Assembly (NCBI GenBank): GCA_963751175.1
Contig: CAVVTM010000035.1
Coordinates: forward strand, 25,035 to 89,034
Length of the DNA: 64,000 nt
Source of the DNA: an uncultured Actinomycetes bacterium
GTDB lineage: Bacteria; Actinomycetota; Actinomycetes; Streptosporangiales; Streptosporangiaceae
Direction of reading: 5' to 3'
Part shown: positions 37,977 through 48,121 of the stretch, in pieces
Numbering within the stretch: the first letter of the stretch is position 1
Layout: every line of letters starts with the position of its first letter
Made by a program: the position numbers and the translations under genes
Notes under the pieces: model-generated
The model's database searches: none
What the model saw: only the letters and a program-made list of their open reading frames with translations
Told to the model about the DNA's origin: nothing

Positions 37977-38997
37977 ATGGAACCAGCCCGGAAAGCGCCA
38001 GGAAGGGACGGTGACGTCATCAGCGTCGATGAGGAGCGGGACGGCGTATCGCTGACCAATCTCGACGAGCCGCTGTTCAGCGGGGCCGAGGCGACCAAGC
38101 GTGACCTGGTGGATTACCTGGACGCGGTCCACGGGCTGCTGATCCCGGAGCTGCGCGGCCGGCCGCTGTCGGTGGTGCGGGTCCTCCGCGGCCAGGAGCC
38201 GTTCATGCAGAAGAACGTGCCCCGGTACACCCCGCCGTGGGTGCGCACGATCCGGCTGTGGGCGGAGAGTTCCCGGCGCGAGGTGTCCTACGCGCTCTGC
38301 GACGACCGCCGCACGCTGCTGTGGTTCGCCAACCAGCGGGCCGTGGAGTATCACCCCACGCTCGGCGAGGCCGGCCAGCAGGACCGGCCTGGTTACCTCG
38401 TGCTCGACATCGACCCGCCGTCCGCCGGGCAGTTCCGGCTCGCGGTCCTCGCCGCCCAGCTGGTCCGGCAGGCCCTGGCCGGCTGCGGCCTGGCGTCCGC
38501 GGTCAAGACCAGCGGGGCGAAGGGGGTGCACGTGTTCGTGCCGATCACCGGGACCACGGCCGGAGGATGCCGCGGCGGCCACCCGCGCGGTGGCGGCGCG
38601 GGCCGAGCGGCTCGACCCGGCCCTCACCACCACTGCGTTCATCCGGGCGGACCGGGACGGCAAGGTCTTCCTCGACTCGACCCGCGCGGGCGGGGCCACC
38701 GTGGTGGCGGCCTACAGCCCGCGGGTCCGGCCGGGGGTCCCGGTGTCCTTCCCGCTGCCCTGGGACGAGCTGGACCGGGTGACCCCGGCCGACTTCACGG
38801 TGCGAACCGCGGCCGGGCTGGTCAGCCCCGGGGCCCGCTGGGCGGGCCAGCTGCCGCCGCCGCAGCCCCTCCCGGCCGATCTCATCGCGGAAGGCCACAC
38901 GATCCCGGTGGCCAGGGTCCAGGCCATGCACGAAGGCAAGCGGCGGGCCCGTGCCCGCCGCACCGGGAGCACGGGCCCGCCCGAGGCGGACAGTTAG
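37977..38997 (+). pseudogene. stand-alone LigD polymerase/primase-domain protein, apparent 1-nt insertion near 38559-38565
   Basis: 'LTNLDEPLFSG...KRDLVDYL...LVLDIDPP...SGAKGVHVFVPI' lies in ORF 37977... The C-terminus 'AARAERLDPALTTTAFIRADRDGKVFLDSTRAGGATVVAAYSPR' is in ORF 38590..38997. The sequence 'gccggaggat' would read in frame as 'gccgaggat'. Confidence 0.8.
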
Positions 38998-39032
38998 GGG
39001 CGCCGCCGCCCACTGAGCGGCACCGCCGACCC

Positions 39033-39437
39033 TTACCGGCGGTGGCGCCGGGGACCGAAGCGCAGCCAGCAGAAGACCAGCAGCGCGATCCACAGCCACC
39101 ACGCCGGCCCGAACCACAGGCCCCCGAACCATGCCCAGGGCAGCCAGAGGCCGTGCCACGCGGTGATCACGAGCAGGACCAGCAGCACGATCGGCAGCAG
39201 CCTGGGCCACGGCCGCCCGGCCCGGGACCGCGGCGCGGGGACGCGGGCGCTGGCCGCAGCCGGCCGGGTGCCGAGGGGAGGCAGGTCGGCCGTGATCCCG
39301 GCCAGGTCGGCGTGGGTCTTGGCGCTCATCGCCCGGCCGAGTCGCTCATCCAGCTCGGCCTGGTCGAGGCGCCCGTCCCCGTAGTGCTGGGCTAGCTGGT
39401 CAGCGACCTCGGCCCGTTCGGCATCAGAAACTCGCAT
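39033..39437 (-). CDS. DUF1707-domain membrane protein
   Basis: 'MRVSDAERAEVADQLAQHYGDGRLDQAELDERL' plus C-terminal TM segments. Confidence 0.7.
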   Translation of the reverse strand: MRVSDAERAEVADQLAQHYGDGRLDQAELDERLGRAMSAKTHADLAGITADLPPLGTRPAAASARVPAPRSRAGRPWPRLLPIVLLVLLVITAWHGLWLPWAWFGGLWFGPAWWLWIALLVFCWLRFGPRRHRR

Positions 39438-39511
39438 GGTTGCATCGGCGGCGCGCTGGCGCACTCCGTACCCCCGTGTCCGTAGTGACATGTGGATGCG
39501 GGCCTCTCCGC

Positions 39512-39805
39512 TCAGCTGGCCCGGGACTGAAATAGCCCTGCCGCGATGGACTGGTCGGCGCCGTCTTCGGGAATGAGCAGCCAGGCCGCCAGGTAGACAG
39601 GGATGGCGGCCCCGCCGATCAGGGTCAGCGCGGCGAACAGGATGCGGATGACGGTCACGTCAACGTCGACGTAGCGGGCGACGCCGGCGGCGACTCCGCC
39701 GAGCATCCGGCCATGGACCGGGCGGCTGAGCGTCCGGGGCGGCGCCGATTCGTAGGGTGCGTGTGAGGTCTGGTCGCTGGCGGTGGGGCTGGTCGTTGTG
39801 TTCAT
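39512..39805 (-). CDS. PspC-domain protein
   Basis: 'LSRPVHGRMLGGVAAGVARYVDVDVTVIRILFAALTLIGGAAIPVYLAAWLLIPEDG'. Confidence 0.8.
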   Translation of the reverse strand: MNTTTSPTASDQTSHAPYESAPPRTLSRPVHGRMLGGVAAGVARYVDVDVTVIRILFAALTLIGGAAIPVYLAAWLLIPEDGADQSIAAGLFQSRAS

Positions 39806-39924
39806 GGCTCCAGCCTGCGGCCGGGCGCCGCGCGGCACCATTGGGAACGCCCCCGAACTGTCCCTGATCCAGCCGGGCGGGGATCAGGGTCATCCCTGAT
39901 AGCCGGGAGGGGGCGGAGAGGGCG

Positions 39925-41349
39925 ATGATGGAGGGTATGGCGGCAGGCACTGATCACGGGCCGACCGCGCGCACTGATCCTGGGGCCGCGGGCCCGTTGG
40001 GCACGGGTCCGGCGGACAGCGATCCCCTGAGCACTGATCGGCTCGGCACCGGCCGCCGCGGCCGCCGGTTCGGGCGCTTCGGCAGCCATACCTGGCTGCG
40101 CCACCCGCCCGGCAGCGGGCCGCTGCGGCGCAGCCGCGAGGATCGGCTGGCGGGCGGGGTCGCGGCCGGGCTGGCCGCGCGCACGGGCCTGGACGTGACC
40201 GTGGTCCGGACCGGGTTCGTGGTCGCCACCGTGTTCAGCCTCGTCGGCGCGGCGGTGTATGTGGTGGCGTGGCTGCTGGTGCCCGCGGAAGGGTCGGACA
40301 GCAACATCGCGGCCAAGGCGGTGAACGACCGGCGCGGCATGGCCCTGGTGGCCGGGCTGGCCTCGCTGCTCGTGCTGCTGCTGGTCGTCGTGTCGGCGCT
40401 GCAGGCGGGCTGGGTCGGCACCCTGGCCTGGCCGCTGGTCATCAGCGTGGCGGGCCTCACCCTGATCTGGCGGAACGCGCCGCCGGACGAGCAGGCGGTG
40501 CTGCGGCGCCTGGCGGATCCGCTGCTCGGCCTCGCTGAGGGCCGCAGCAGCCGGCGCCGGACCGTAGCGCGGGTAGCGGTCGCCGCCGTGGCCGTCGGCC
40601 TCGGACTGAACTGGCTGCTGACCGGGCATCCGGACCACGGTGCCCTGCGCGAGCTGGGCGGGGTAGTCCTGCTGGTGGCGGCGATCGCCATCCTGCTGGG
40701 TCCCTGGTGGGTGCGCATCGCCCGCGACCTCGTGGTCGAGCGGCAGGCCAGGATCCGGGCCGAGGAGCGCGCCGACATGGCCGCGCGGGTCCACGACTCG
40801 GTGCTGCAGACACTCGCCCTGATCCAGCGCCGGGCCGAGCACCCGCAGCAGGTGATCCAGCTGGCCCGGGCGCAGGAGCGCGAGCTGCGCGCCTGGCTGT
40901 TCGACGGCCCGGCCCCCGGCTCGCTGGACGGCCAGGACATGACGCTCGCGGGCGGGATCCGGCTCATCCAGCAGGAGGTGGAGGCCCAGCATGAGGTCCC
41001 GGTCGAGGCCGTCACCGTCGGCGATTGCGACCTGGACGACGACCTGCGCGCACTGCTGGCCGCGGCCCGCGAGGCTACGGTCAACGCCGTGAAGTGGTCC
41101 GGCGCCCCGGCAGTCTCCATCTTCGCCGAGGTCGAGCCGGGCGAGGTGACGCTGTTCGTCCGGGACCGCGGCCGCGGATTCGACCCGGCGGCCGTTCCCC
41201 CGGACCGCAAAGGCCTGGCCGAGTCCATCCACGCCCGGATGGCGCGCCGGGGCGGCTCCGCGGCGGTGCGCACCGCGCCGGGCGAGGGCACCGAGGTGTC
41301 GCTCATCATGCCCCGCCGCGCCACAGAACGCCCTCCGGGGCGCCCATGA
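39925..41349 (+). CDS. PspC-domain sensor histidine kinase (HisKA_3/NarL-type)
   Basis: N-terminal PspC 'RLAGGVAAGLAARTGLDVTVVRTGFV...AWLLVPAEG', TM segments, H-box 'RVHDSVLQTLALIQ', and ATPase 'VRDRGRGFDP...GEGTEVSL'. Confidence 0.85.
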   Translation: MMEGMAAGTDHGPTARTDPGAAGPLGTGPADSDPLSTDRLGTGRRGRRFGRFGSHTWLRHPPGSGPLRRSREDRLAGGVAAGLAARTGLDVTVVRTGFVVATVFSLVGAAVYVVAWLLVPAEGSDSNIAAKAVNDRRGMALVAGLASLLVLLLVVVSALQAGWVGTLAWPLVISVAGLTLIWRNAPPDEQAVLRRLADPLLGLAEGRSSRRRTVARVAVAAVAVGLGLNWLLTGHPDHGALRELGGVVLLVAAIAILLGPWWVRIARDLVVERQARIRAEERADMAARVHDSVLQTLALIQRRAEHPQQVIQLARAQERELRAWLFDGPAPGSLDGQDMTLAGGIRLIQQEVEAQHEVPVEAVTVGDCDLDDDLRALLAAAREATVNAVKWSGAPAVSIFAEVEPGEVTLFVRDRGRGFDPAAVPPDRKGLAESIHARMARRGGSAAVRTAPGEGTEVSLIMPRRATERPPGRP

Positions 41350-42032
41350 CCAGCCCGCCCGCCCCCGGCCCGGGCCAGGCCCGGCGCCCGCGCGTGGTCA
41401 TCGTCGACGACCACGGCCTGTTCCGCTCGGGCGTCCGTTCCGAGCTGGGCGACGAGGTGGAGGTGGTCGGCGAGGCGGACGACGTAGAGCCCGCGATCGC
41501 GCTGATCTCGGCGTGCCTGCCCGACGTGGTGCTGCTCGATGTGCACCTGCCCGGCGGGGGCGGGCAGGCCGTGGTCACCGCGCTGCGTTCCGGCCACCCC
41601 CAGGTGCGTTTCCTGGCCCTGTCCGCGTCGGACGCGCCGGAAGACGTGATCGCGGTCATCCGGGCCGGCGCGCGGGGCTACGTGACCAAGACGATCTCCG
41701 GCCCGGACCTGGTGGACGCCGTCCGCCGCGTGGCCGGCGGCGACACGGTGTTCTCCCCCCGGCTGGCCGGGTTCGTGCTGGACGCGTTCGCGGCCCTGCC
41801 CGGCGACGGCCCGGGGATCCCGTCCCTCGACCCGGAACTGGATCAGCTGACTCCCCGGGAGCGGGAGGTGCTGCGCCTGATCGCGCGCGGTTACACGTAC
41901 AAGGAGATCGCCCGCGAGCTGTACATCTCGGTGAAGACCGTGGAGAGCCATGTTTCGTCGGTGCTGCGCAAACTCCAGCTCTCCACGCGGCACCAGCTCA
42001 CGCGCTGGGCCACTGAGCGGCGCCTGGCTTAG
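41346..42032 (+). CDS. NarL/LuxR-family response regulator
   Basis: ATGA overlap with the kinase. 'VVIVDDHGLFRSG...VLLDVHLPGG' and the HTH 'LTPREREVLRLIARGYTYKEIARELYISVKTVESHVSSVLRKL'. Confidence 0.9.
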   Translation: MTSPPAPGPGQARRPRVVIVDDHGLFRSGVRSELGDEVEVVGEADDVEPAIALISACLPDVVLLDVHLPGGGGQAVVTALRSGHPQVRFLALSASDAPEDVIAVIRAGARGYVTKTISGPDLVDAVRRVAGGDTVFSPRLAGFVLDAFAALPGDGPGIPSLDPELDQLTPREREVLRLIARGYTYKEIARELYISVKTVESHVSSVLRKLQLSTRHQLTRWATERRLA

Positions 42033-42070
42033 TCTGGCTGCTAGCGTAAGCGCCGCCGGTTCTGGGCGGC

Positions 42071-43921
42071 ATGGCCGGGTTACGGGGGCTGGCGCGCGCC
42101 GGGGGCCCGTGCTTGACGGGCCCGTGCTTGAGAGGCAAGACGCTGGAGGCACGGGTGGCTGAGGACTTCCCCGCGGGGTTAGCTGATTCCGGCTCCCCTG
42201 TGCCCGGCAGACCTGCGCAGATCGCCAGCTACCAGATGGTCGAGGAGATCGGCCGGGGCGGCATGGCCGTGGTCTACCGGGCCCGCGACGTCCGGCTGGG
42301 CCGCTGGGTGGCGCTGAAGGTCCTGGCCGGGGACCTGGCACGGGACGAGGCCTTCCGCCGGCGCTTCATCCGGGAGTCCCGCGCCGCGGCCGCGGTGGAC
42401 CACCCGAACATCATCCCGATCTTCGACGCCGGCGAGGCCGACGGCGTGCTGTTCATCGCGATGCGCTACGTGGGCGGCCAGGACGTGCACAGCCTGCTGA
42501 ACCGGGCCGGCCCGCTGCCCCCGGCCCGTGCCGCGGGGATCGTGACCCAGGTGGCCTCCGCGCTGGACGCGGCGCACGCGTGCGGGCTGGTGCACCGGGA
42601 CGTGAAACCGGCCAACATGCTGCTCGGGGGGCTGGCCGAGGACGGCTCGGAGGATTTCGTCTACCTCTCGGACTTCGGCATCAGCAAGACCTCGCAGGCG
42701 ACCACCAACCTTACGCTGACCGGGCAGGTCCTCGGCACGCTGAACTACCTGGCCCCCGAGCAGATCGAGGGGCGCACGGTGGACGGCCGCGCCGACGCCT
42801 ACTCGCTGGCCTGCGCGGCCTTCGAGATGCTGACGGGCGCGCCGCCGTTCCGGCGGGATCAGAGCCTGGCGGTCATGTGGGCCCAGCTGTCCGCGCCCCC
42901 GCCCTCGCTGACCAGTGCGCGTCCCGACCTGCCCGACGCGGTGGACCAGGTCATGTTCCGGGCCCTGGCCAAGGCCCCCGAGGACCGCTATCCGAGCTGC
43001 CGCGCGTTCGCTGCGGCGCTGCAGGAGGCCTGCGGGGTCAGCGCCGCCGAACTGCCCGCCCGGTCGGCGGTGCAGCAAGCGCTCGCGGGCGTTCCCCCGA
43101 CGGGCGTGGCCAGCCCGGCGCTCGACCTGGCCGACCGCGGGCTCGACCAGGCCGAGCCCGCGGCAGCGGATGCGGGCAGGCCCCAGACGGCCCCGGTCAG
43201 CCCCCCGGTCGGCTTCCTGCCCCCACCCCGCCCGGCCCCGCCCACCAGCGCCGATGCGCCCAACCGGGTTCCGCCGGCCAGCGCAGATCCGCCCCGCCCG
43301 GCCCCGCAGGCCGGCGGCGAGGCGAGCGGCCTGCGGCCGGCGCCCAGCGCCCGCCCGTTGCCCCCGGCCCCGCCGGCCAGCTCCGGCCTGCCCGGCCTGC
43401 GGCCGGCCCCGTCTCCGCAGCGACCCGCACCACCCGGCCCACCCCGGCCCCAGCCGCCGCGCCGGCGACGCCGCGGGCTAGCCGTGCTCGCCACCTGCGT
43501 GGCTGTCCTGGCCGTGGCGGGCATCGGGCTGGCGCTGCTGAAATACCACAATTCCCTGCTGCAGCGCCAGACGGCGGGGGGCACCGTGGCGTCCAGCGGC
43601 CCCGCGTCCACCCCGGCCGTCGTCTCGGCGCCCGCCACCCCGCCCACCGTGGTGAAGCGTTATTACGCGGCCATCAGCCGCCACGCCTACCAGCGGGCCT
43701 GGGAACTCGGCGGTGATCACACCGGGGTCACCCACCAGCAGTTCCTGGCGGGTTTCAAGGGCACCCAGCGGGATGCGGTGACCATCCTGACGTGGACCGG
43801 CGATCAGGTGACGGCCAGCATCGTGGCGTTCCAGACCGACGGCACGGTCAAGAAGTTCGCGGGCAGCTACGTGGTCCAGACCGGCGTCATCATCTCGTTC
43901 AACGTGCACCTGGTCGGCTGA
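42071..43921 (+). CDS. Ser/Thr protein kinase with Pro-rich linker, TM segment and extracytoplasmic C-domain
   Basis: 'IGRGGMAVVYRA...ALKVL', 'HRDVKPANMLL', 'DFGIS', 'YLAPEQ'. TM segment 'LAVLATCVAVLAVAGIGLALL'. Confidence 0.9.
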   Translation: MAGLRGLARAGGPCLTGPCLRGKTLEARVAEDFPAGLADSGSPVPGRPAQIASYQMVEEIGRGGMAVVYRARDVRLGRWVALKVLAGDLARDEAFRRRFIRESRAAAAVDHPNIIPIFDAGEADGVLFIAMRYVGGQDVHSLLNRAGPLPPARAAGIVTQVASALDAAHACGLVHRDVKPANMLLGGLAEDGSEDFVYLSDFGISKTSQATTNLTLTGQVLGTLNYLAPEQIEGRTVDGRADAYSLACAAFEMLTGAPPFRRDQSLAVMWAQLSAPPPSLTSARPDLPDAVDQVMFRALAKAPEDRYPSCRAFAAALQEACGVSAAELPARSAVQQALAGVPPTGVASPALDLADRGLDQAEPAAADAGRPQTAPVSPPVGFLPPPRPAPPTSADAPNRVPPASADPPRPAPQAGGEASGLRPAPSARPLPPAPPASSGLPGLRPAPSPQRPAPPGPPRPQPPRRRRRGLAVLATCVAVLAVAGIGLALLKYHNSLLQRQTAGGTVASSGPASTPAVVSAPATPPTVVKRYYAAISRHAYQRAWELGGDHTGVTHQQFLAGFKGTQRDAVTILTWTGDQVTASIVAFQTDGTVKKFAGSYVVQTGVIISFNVHLVG

Positions 43922-44038
43922 GCCCGCCCGGGACCACGGAAGTTGCCGGGGCGTAAAAGCGTTAGGTAAGCAGGGCCCGGACTGGCACCCTGGCGCACGG
44001 CCGTCCCGCCCTCTCCCGCTTCGCACCCCCGTTCCGCC

Positions 44039-47000
44039 ATGGAGAGTTCTGCCGTGACACCGTCGCTCGCTGAGCAGACCCGGGCCGAGGCCCGGCGGGC
44101 CAGTGTGCCCGAGCTGCGTTACCCGGCGGAGCTGCCGGTCAGCCAGCGGAAGGACGAGATCGCCGCGGCCATCCGGGACCACCAGGTCGTGATCGTCGCC
44201 GGGGAGACCGGCTCGGGGAAGACCACCCAGCTGCCGAAGATCTGCCTCGGGCTCGGCCGGGGGGTGACCGGGCAGATCGGGCACACCCAGCCGCGCCGGA
44301 TCGCGGCCCGCACGGTCGCGGAGCGGATCGCCAGCGAGCTTGATACCGAGCTGGGCACCACCGTCGGCTACAAGGTGCGCTTCACCGACACCTCCAGCGA
44401 CAGCACGCTGGTCAAGGTGATGACCGACGGCATCCTGCTCAACGAGATGCGGCACGACCGGCAGCTGCTCCGTTACGACACGCTCATCATCGACGAGGCG
44501 CACGAGCGCAGCCTGAACATCGACTTCATCCTTGGCTACCTCAAGCGGCTGCTGCCCAGCCGCCCGGATCTCAAGGTCATCATCACCTCGGCCACGATCG
44601 ACCCGGAACGCTTCAGCGAGCATTTTGATGGGGCCCCGGTCATCGAGGTGTCCGGGCGCACCTACCCGGTGGAGGTCCGGTACCGGCCGCTGGCCGACCC
44701 GGACAACCCGGACCAGGAACCTAAAGACCAGGTCCAGGGCATCCTCGAAGCGGTCACGGAGCTGAGCGCCCAGGGTCCCGGCGACATCCTCGTCTTCCTC
44801 AGCGGCGAACGGGAGATCCGGGACACCGCCGACGCGCTGGACGGGCGGGACGGCCCGGAGGTGCTGCCGCTCTACGCCCGGCTGTCCGCGGCCGAGCAGC
44901 ACCGCGTTTTTGCCAGAGGCGAAACAGGAAAGCAGAGCGCCAGAGGCGAAACAGGAAAGCAGAGCGATCGGGGCGGGAAGCAGGGCCAGCTGAGCCATTT
45001 CTCCCGGCGCGTGGTGCTGGCCACGAACGTCGCGGAGACCTCGCTGACCGTTCCGGGCATCAAGTACGTGATCGACCCGGGCACCGCGCGGATCTCCCGG
45101 TACAGCCAGCGGACCAAGGTCCAGCGGCTGCCCATCGAGCCGGTCTCGCAGGCCTCCGCGAACCAGCGGAAGGGCCGCTGCGGCCGCACGTCGGACGGCC
45201 TGTGCATCCGGCTGTACAGCGAGGAGGACTTCGAGAGCCGCCCCGAGTTCACCGACCCGGAGATCCTGCGCACCAACCTGGCCTCCGTCATCTTGCAGAT
45301 GGCCGCGCTGGACCTGGGCGATATGGCCGACTTCCCGTTCGTCGAGCCACCCGAGTCGAGGAACGTCGCGGACGGTGTGCGGCTGCTGGAGGAACTCGGC
45401 GCCTTCTCGCCGGGTCACGCCCCGGGACGGGGGCAGACCCGGCTGACCGAGACCGGCCGCAAGCTATCCCGGCTGCCGGTGGACCCGCGGCTCGGGCGGA
45501 TGATCCTGGAGGCCGGCCGGAACGCCTGCGTCCGCGAGGTGCTGATCATCACCGCGGCGCTGTCCATCATCGACCCGCGGGAGCGCCCCGCCGACGCGCG
45601 GCAGGCGGCGGACGAGATGCACGCGAGGTTCGCCGAGCCCGGATCGGACTTCCTGACCCTGCTGAACCTCTGGGACTACCTCCGCGAGCAGCAGAGCCAG
45701 CTGTCCGCGTCAGCGTTCCGGCGGCTGTGCCGCCGCGAGTACCTGCACTACCTGCGGGTGCGTGAATGGCAGGACGTCTACGGCCAGCTCCGGCAGGCCG
45801 CCGCGGAGCTCGGCATCCGGGCGGGCCGGGAACACCGCGAGGCCGGCCAGTCCCCCGGACAGCTGCCCGCGAAGCAGGATGGCCAGGGCCGGCGCCGGGG
45901 CGGCCGGACCCGGCCGCGGGCGGGCCGGACCATGCCGGCCCCCGTGCCCCAGACCGCGGCAGCCCGGGCTCCGGCCCGGGACGCCGAGGCGGGCAGCCGG
46001 TTCCCCGCCGGCCTGGCCGACCGCATTCACATGTCCCTGCTCGCCGGGCTGCTGTCGCACATCGGCATGCAGGAGTCGGACAGCCGCCCGCGCGGCAAGC
46101 GGCGGCCGCTGACCGAGTTCGCCGGGGCCCGCGGCGCCCGGTTCGCCATCTTCCCGGACTCGGCACTGGCCAGGAAGCCGCCCCAGTGGGTGGTCGCGGC
46201 CGAACTGGTGGAGACGTCCCGGCTGTGGGCCCGCGTCACGGCCCGCATCGAACCCGAATGGGCCGAGCCACTGGCGGCGCACCTGGTCCGGCGCAGCTAC
46301 AGCGAGCCGCGCTGGGACGAGCGGCGCGGTGCGGCGGTGGCCACCGAGAAGGTCAGCCTGTACGGGCTGCCGATCGTGGCCGCCCGCACCGTCATGTACG
46401 GCCGGATCGACCCGGCGGCGGCCCGGGACCTGTTCATCACGCATGCCCTGGTGGAGGGCGACTGGCGGACCCACCATGCGTTCTTCGCCCGCAACCAGCG
46501 GATGCTCGCCGACGCCGAGGACATCGAACGCAAGGCCAGGCGGCGCGGGATCGTCGCCGACGACGCGGCCCTGTTCGCGTTCTACGACCGGCGGATCCCG
46601 GCCGACGTGACGTCCGCCCGGCACTTCGACACCTGGTGGAAGAAGGCCCGCGGCCCTGACCCCGGCCTGCTGGACATGTCCCCTGCCGACTTGATCATGC
46701 CGGCGGCCGGGGAGATCAGCCCGGACGACTACCCCGCCCGCTGGGCTGAGCTGCCGGTGTCCTATGAGTTCGCACCGGGCGAGCCGGACGACGGGGTGAG
46801 CGTGGACATCCCGCTGGCCCGGCTCAACCGGGTCAGCGCGGAGGAGTTCAGCTGGCAGGTGCCCGGGCTGCGCGAGGAGATGGTGACCGAGCTGATCCGG
46901 TCGCTGCCCAAGCAGCTGCGGACCACGTTCGTGCCGGTCCCCGACACGGCACGGGCGGTGCTGCCCCGGCTCGGCCCGGCCCGCGGGGACCTGCTCGACG

Positions 47001-48061
47001 CACTCGGCACCGAGCTGTCCCGGCTCGGCGGCGTGCACGTCCCCCGGTCCGCCTGGGATGAGTCCCGGCTGCCGGCCTACCTGCGGATCACCTTCCGCGT
47101 GGTGGAGGACGGCCGGGTGCTCGCCACGGGCAAGGACCTGGACGAGCTGCGCCGCCAGCTGCGGCCCCGGCTGCAGGCCACGCTGAGCGAGGCGGCCGCC
47201 GGGATCACCCGGAGCGGGCTGCGCACCTGGGACATCGGCACGCTGCCCCGCGTGTTCAGCCAGGGCGAGGTCCGCGCCTACCCGGCGCTGGCCGACACCG
47301 GCGACGGGGTCGACGTCCGGCTGTTCGAGACGCGGGCCCAGGCGGACGCGGCCATGCTGCGCGGCACCCGGCGCCTGATCCTGCTCCAGGTACCCTCCGG
47401 CGCCCGGGCCGTGGCCAGCCGCCTGCCGGTCAGCGCCAAGCTGGCCATGAGCCGGCACCCGTACCCCGGCACCGACGCGCTGCTGGAGGACTGCGCGGCC
47501 GCCGCGGCGGACCAGGTGATCACCGGGGCGGGCGGCCCGGCCTGGGACGAGGCGGGCTTCGCCCGGCTGCTGGAGGCGGCACGCGCTCAGCTGGCTGCCC
47601 GCACCGCGGACGTGGTCGCGCTCGTGGCCCGGGCCCTCGGCGAGGCCCACCAGGTCGAGGCGAGCCTGGCCGGGACCCCCGGTCCGCCGGTCCGGGCCGC
47701 CTTCGCCGACCTGCGCGCCCAGCTGTCCGGGCTGGTTCATCCGGGTTTCGTCGCCGAGACCGGGGCCCGGCGGCTGCCGGACCTGGTCCGGTACCTGCGC
47801 GGGATGAGCCGGCGGCTGGAGAAGATGCCTGAGTCGCTGGCCCGGGACGCCGAGCGGATGGCCGTCGTGCAGCAGGTGACCGAGGACTACCAGCAGACCC
47901 TGGCCGACCTCCCGCCCGCGCGGCGGGGCGACCCCGACGTCCGCGAGGTGCGCTGGATGATCGAGGAGCTGCGCGTCAGCCTGTTCGCCCAGACGCTGGG
48001 CACCTCCGGCCCCGTGTCGCAGCAGCGGATCGAGCGGGCCCTGGATCAGCTGCACGGTTAA
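44039..48061 (+). CDS. hrpA: ATP-dependent RNA helicase HrpA (DEAH-box), carrying an atypical insertion
   Basis: 'GETGSGKTTQLPK', 'IIDEAHERS', 'TSATID', 'LATNVAETSLTVPGIKYVIDPG', 'QRKGRCGR', and a long HrpA C-terminal region. 1340 aa. Confidence 0.95.
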   Translation: MESSAVTPSLAEQTRAEARRASVPELRYPAELPVSQRKDEIAAAIRDHQVVIVAGETGSGKTTQLPKICLGLGRGVTGQIGHTQPRRIAARTVAERIASELDTELGTTVGYKVRFTDTSSDSTLVKVMTDGILLNEMRHDRQLLRYDTLIIDEAHERSLNIDFILGYLKRLLPSRPDLKVIITSATIDPERFSEHFDGAPVIEVSGRTYPVEVRYRPLADPDNPDQEPKDQVQGILEAVTELSAQGPGDILVFLSGEREIRDTADALDGRDGPEVLPLYARLSAAEQHRVFARGETGKQSARGETGKQSDRGGKQGQLSHFSRRVVLATNVAETSLTVPGIKYVIDPGTARISRYSQRTKVQRLPIEPVSQASANQRKGRCGRTSDGLCIRLYSEEDFESRPEFTDPEILRTNLASVILQMAALDLGDMADFPFVEPPESRNVADGVRLLEELGAFSPGHAPGRGQTRLTETGRKLSRLPVDPRLGRMILEAGRNACVREVLIITAALSIIDPRERPADARQAADEMHARFAEPGSDFLTLLNLWDYLREQQSQLSASAFRRLCRREYLHYLRVREWQDVYGQLRQAAAELGIRAGREHREAGQSPGQLPAKQDGQGRRRGGRTRPRAGRTMPAPVPQTAAARAPARDAEAGSRFPAGLADRIHMSLLAGLLSHIGMQESDSRPRGKRRPLTEFAGARGARFAIFPDSALARKPPQWVVAAELVETSRLWARVTARIEPEWAEPLAAHLVRRSYSEPRWDERRGAAVATEKVSLYGLPIVAARTVMYGRIDPAAARDLFITHALVEGDWRTHHAFFARNQRMLADAEDIERKARRRGIVADDAALFAFYDRRIPADVTSARHFDTWWKKARGPDPGLLDMSPADLIMPAAGEISPDDYPARWAELPVSYEFAPGEPDDGVSVDIPLARLNRVSAEEFSWQVPGLREEMVTELIRSLPKQLRTTFVPVPDTARAVLPRLGPARGDLLDALGTELSRLGGVHVPRSAWDESRLPAYLRITFRVVEDGRVLATGKDLDELRRQLRPRLQATLSEAAAGITRSGLRTWDIGTLPRVFSQGEVRAYPALADTGDGVDVRLFETRAQADAAMLRGTRRLILLQVPSGARAVASRLPVSAKLAMSRHPYPGTDALLEDCAAAAADQVITGAGGPAWDEAGFARLLEAARAQLAARTADVVALVARALGEAHQVEASLAGTPGPPVRAAFADLRAQLSGLVHPGFVAETGARRLPDLVRYLRGMSRRLEKMPESLARDAERMAVVQQVTEDYQQTLADLPPARRGDPDVREVRWMIEELRVSLFAQTLGTSGPVSQQRIERALDQLHG
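44912..44965. repeat. 27-bp perfect tandem duplication (GCCAGAGGCGAAACAGGAAAGCAGAGC x2) inside hrpA
   Basis: Copies at 44912-44938 and 44939-44965 are identical, and a degenerate third unit follows. They encode ARGETGKQS x2. Confidence 0.95.
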
Positions 48062-48121
48062 TTCCCCGCTGGCCGTGCGTCAATAGGACAGTGCACCGGC
48101 GACCGGAGGAGCTGACCGATC

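Noticed and set aside
27985-38997. A complete NHEJ operon (ku plus ligase) near the LigD-like genes
   Set aside because: No Ku-like or ATP-dependent ligase-domain translation was found in any frame of the window.
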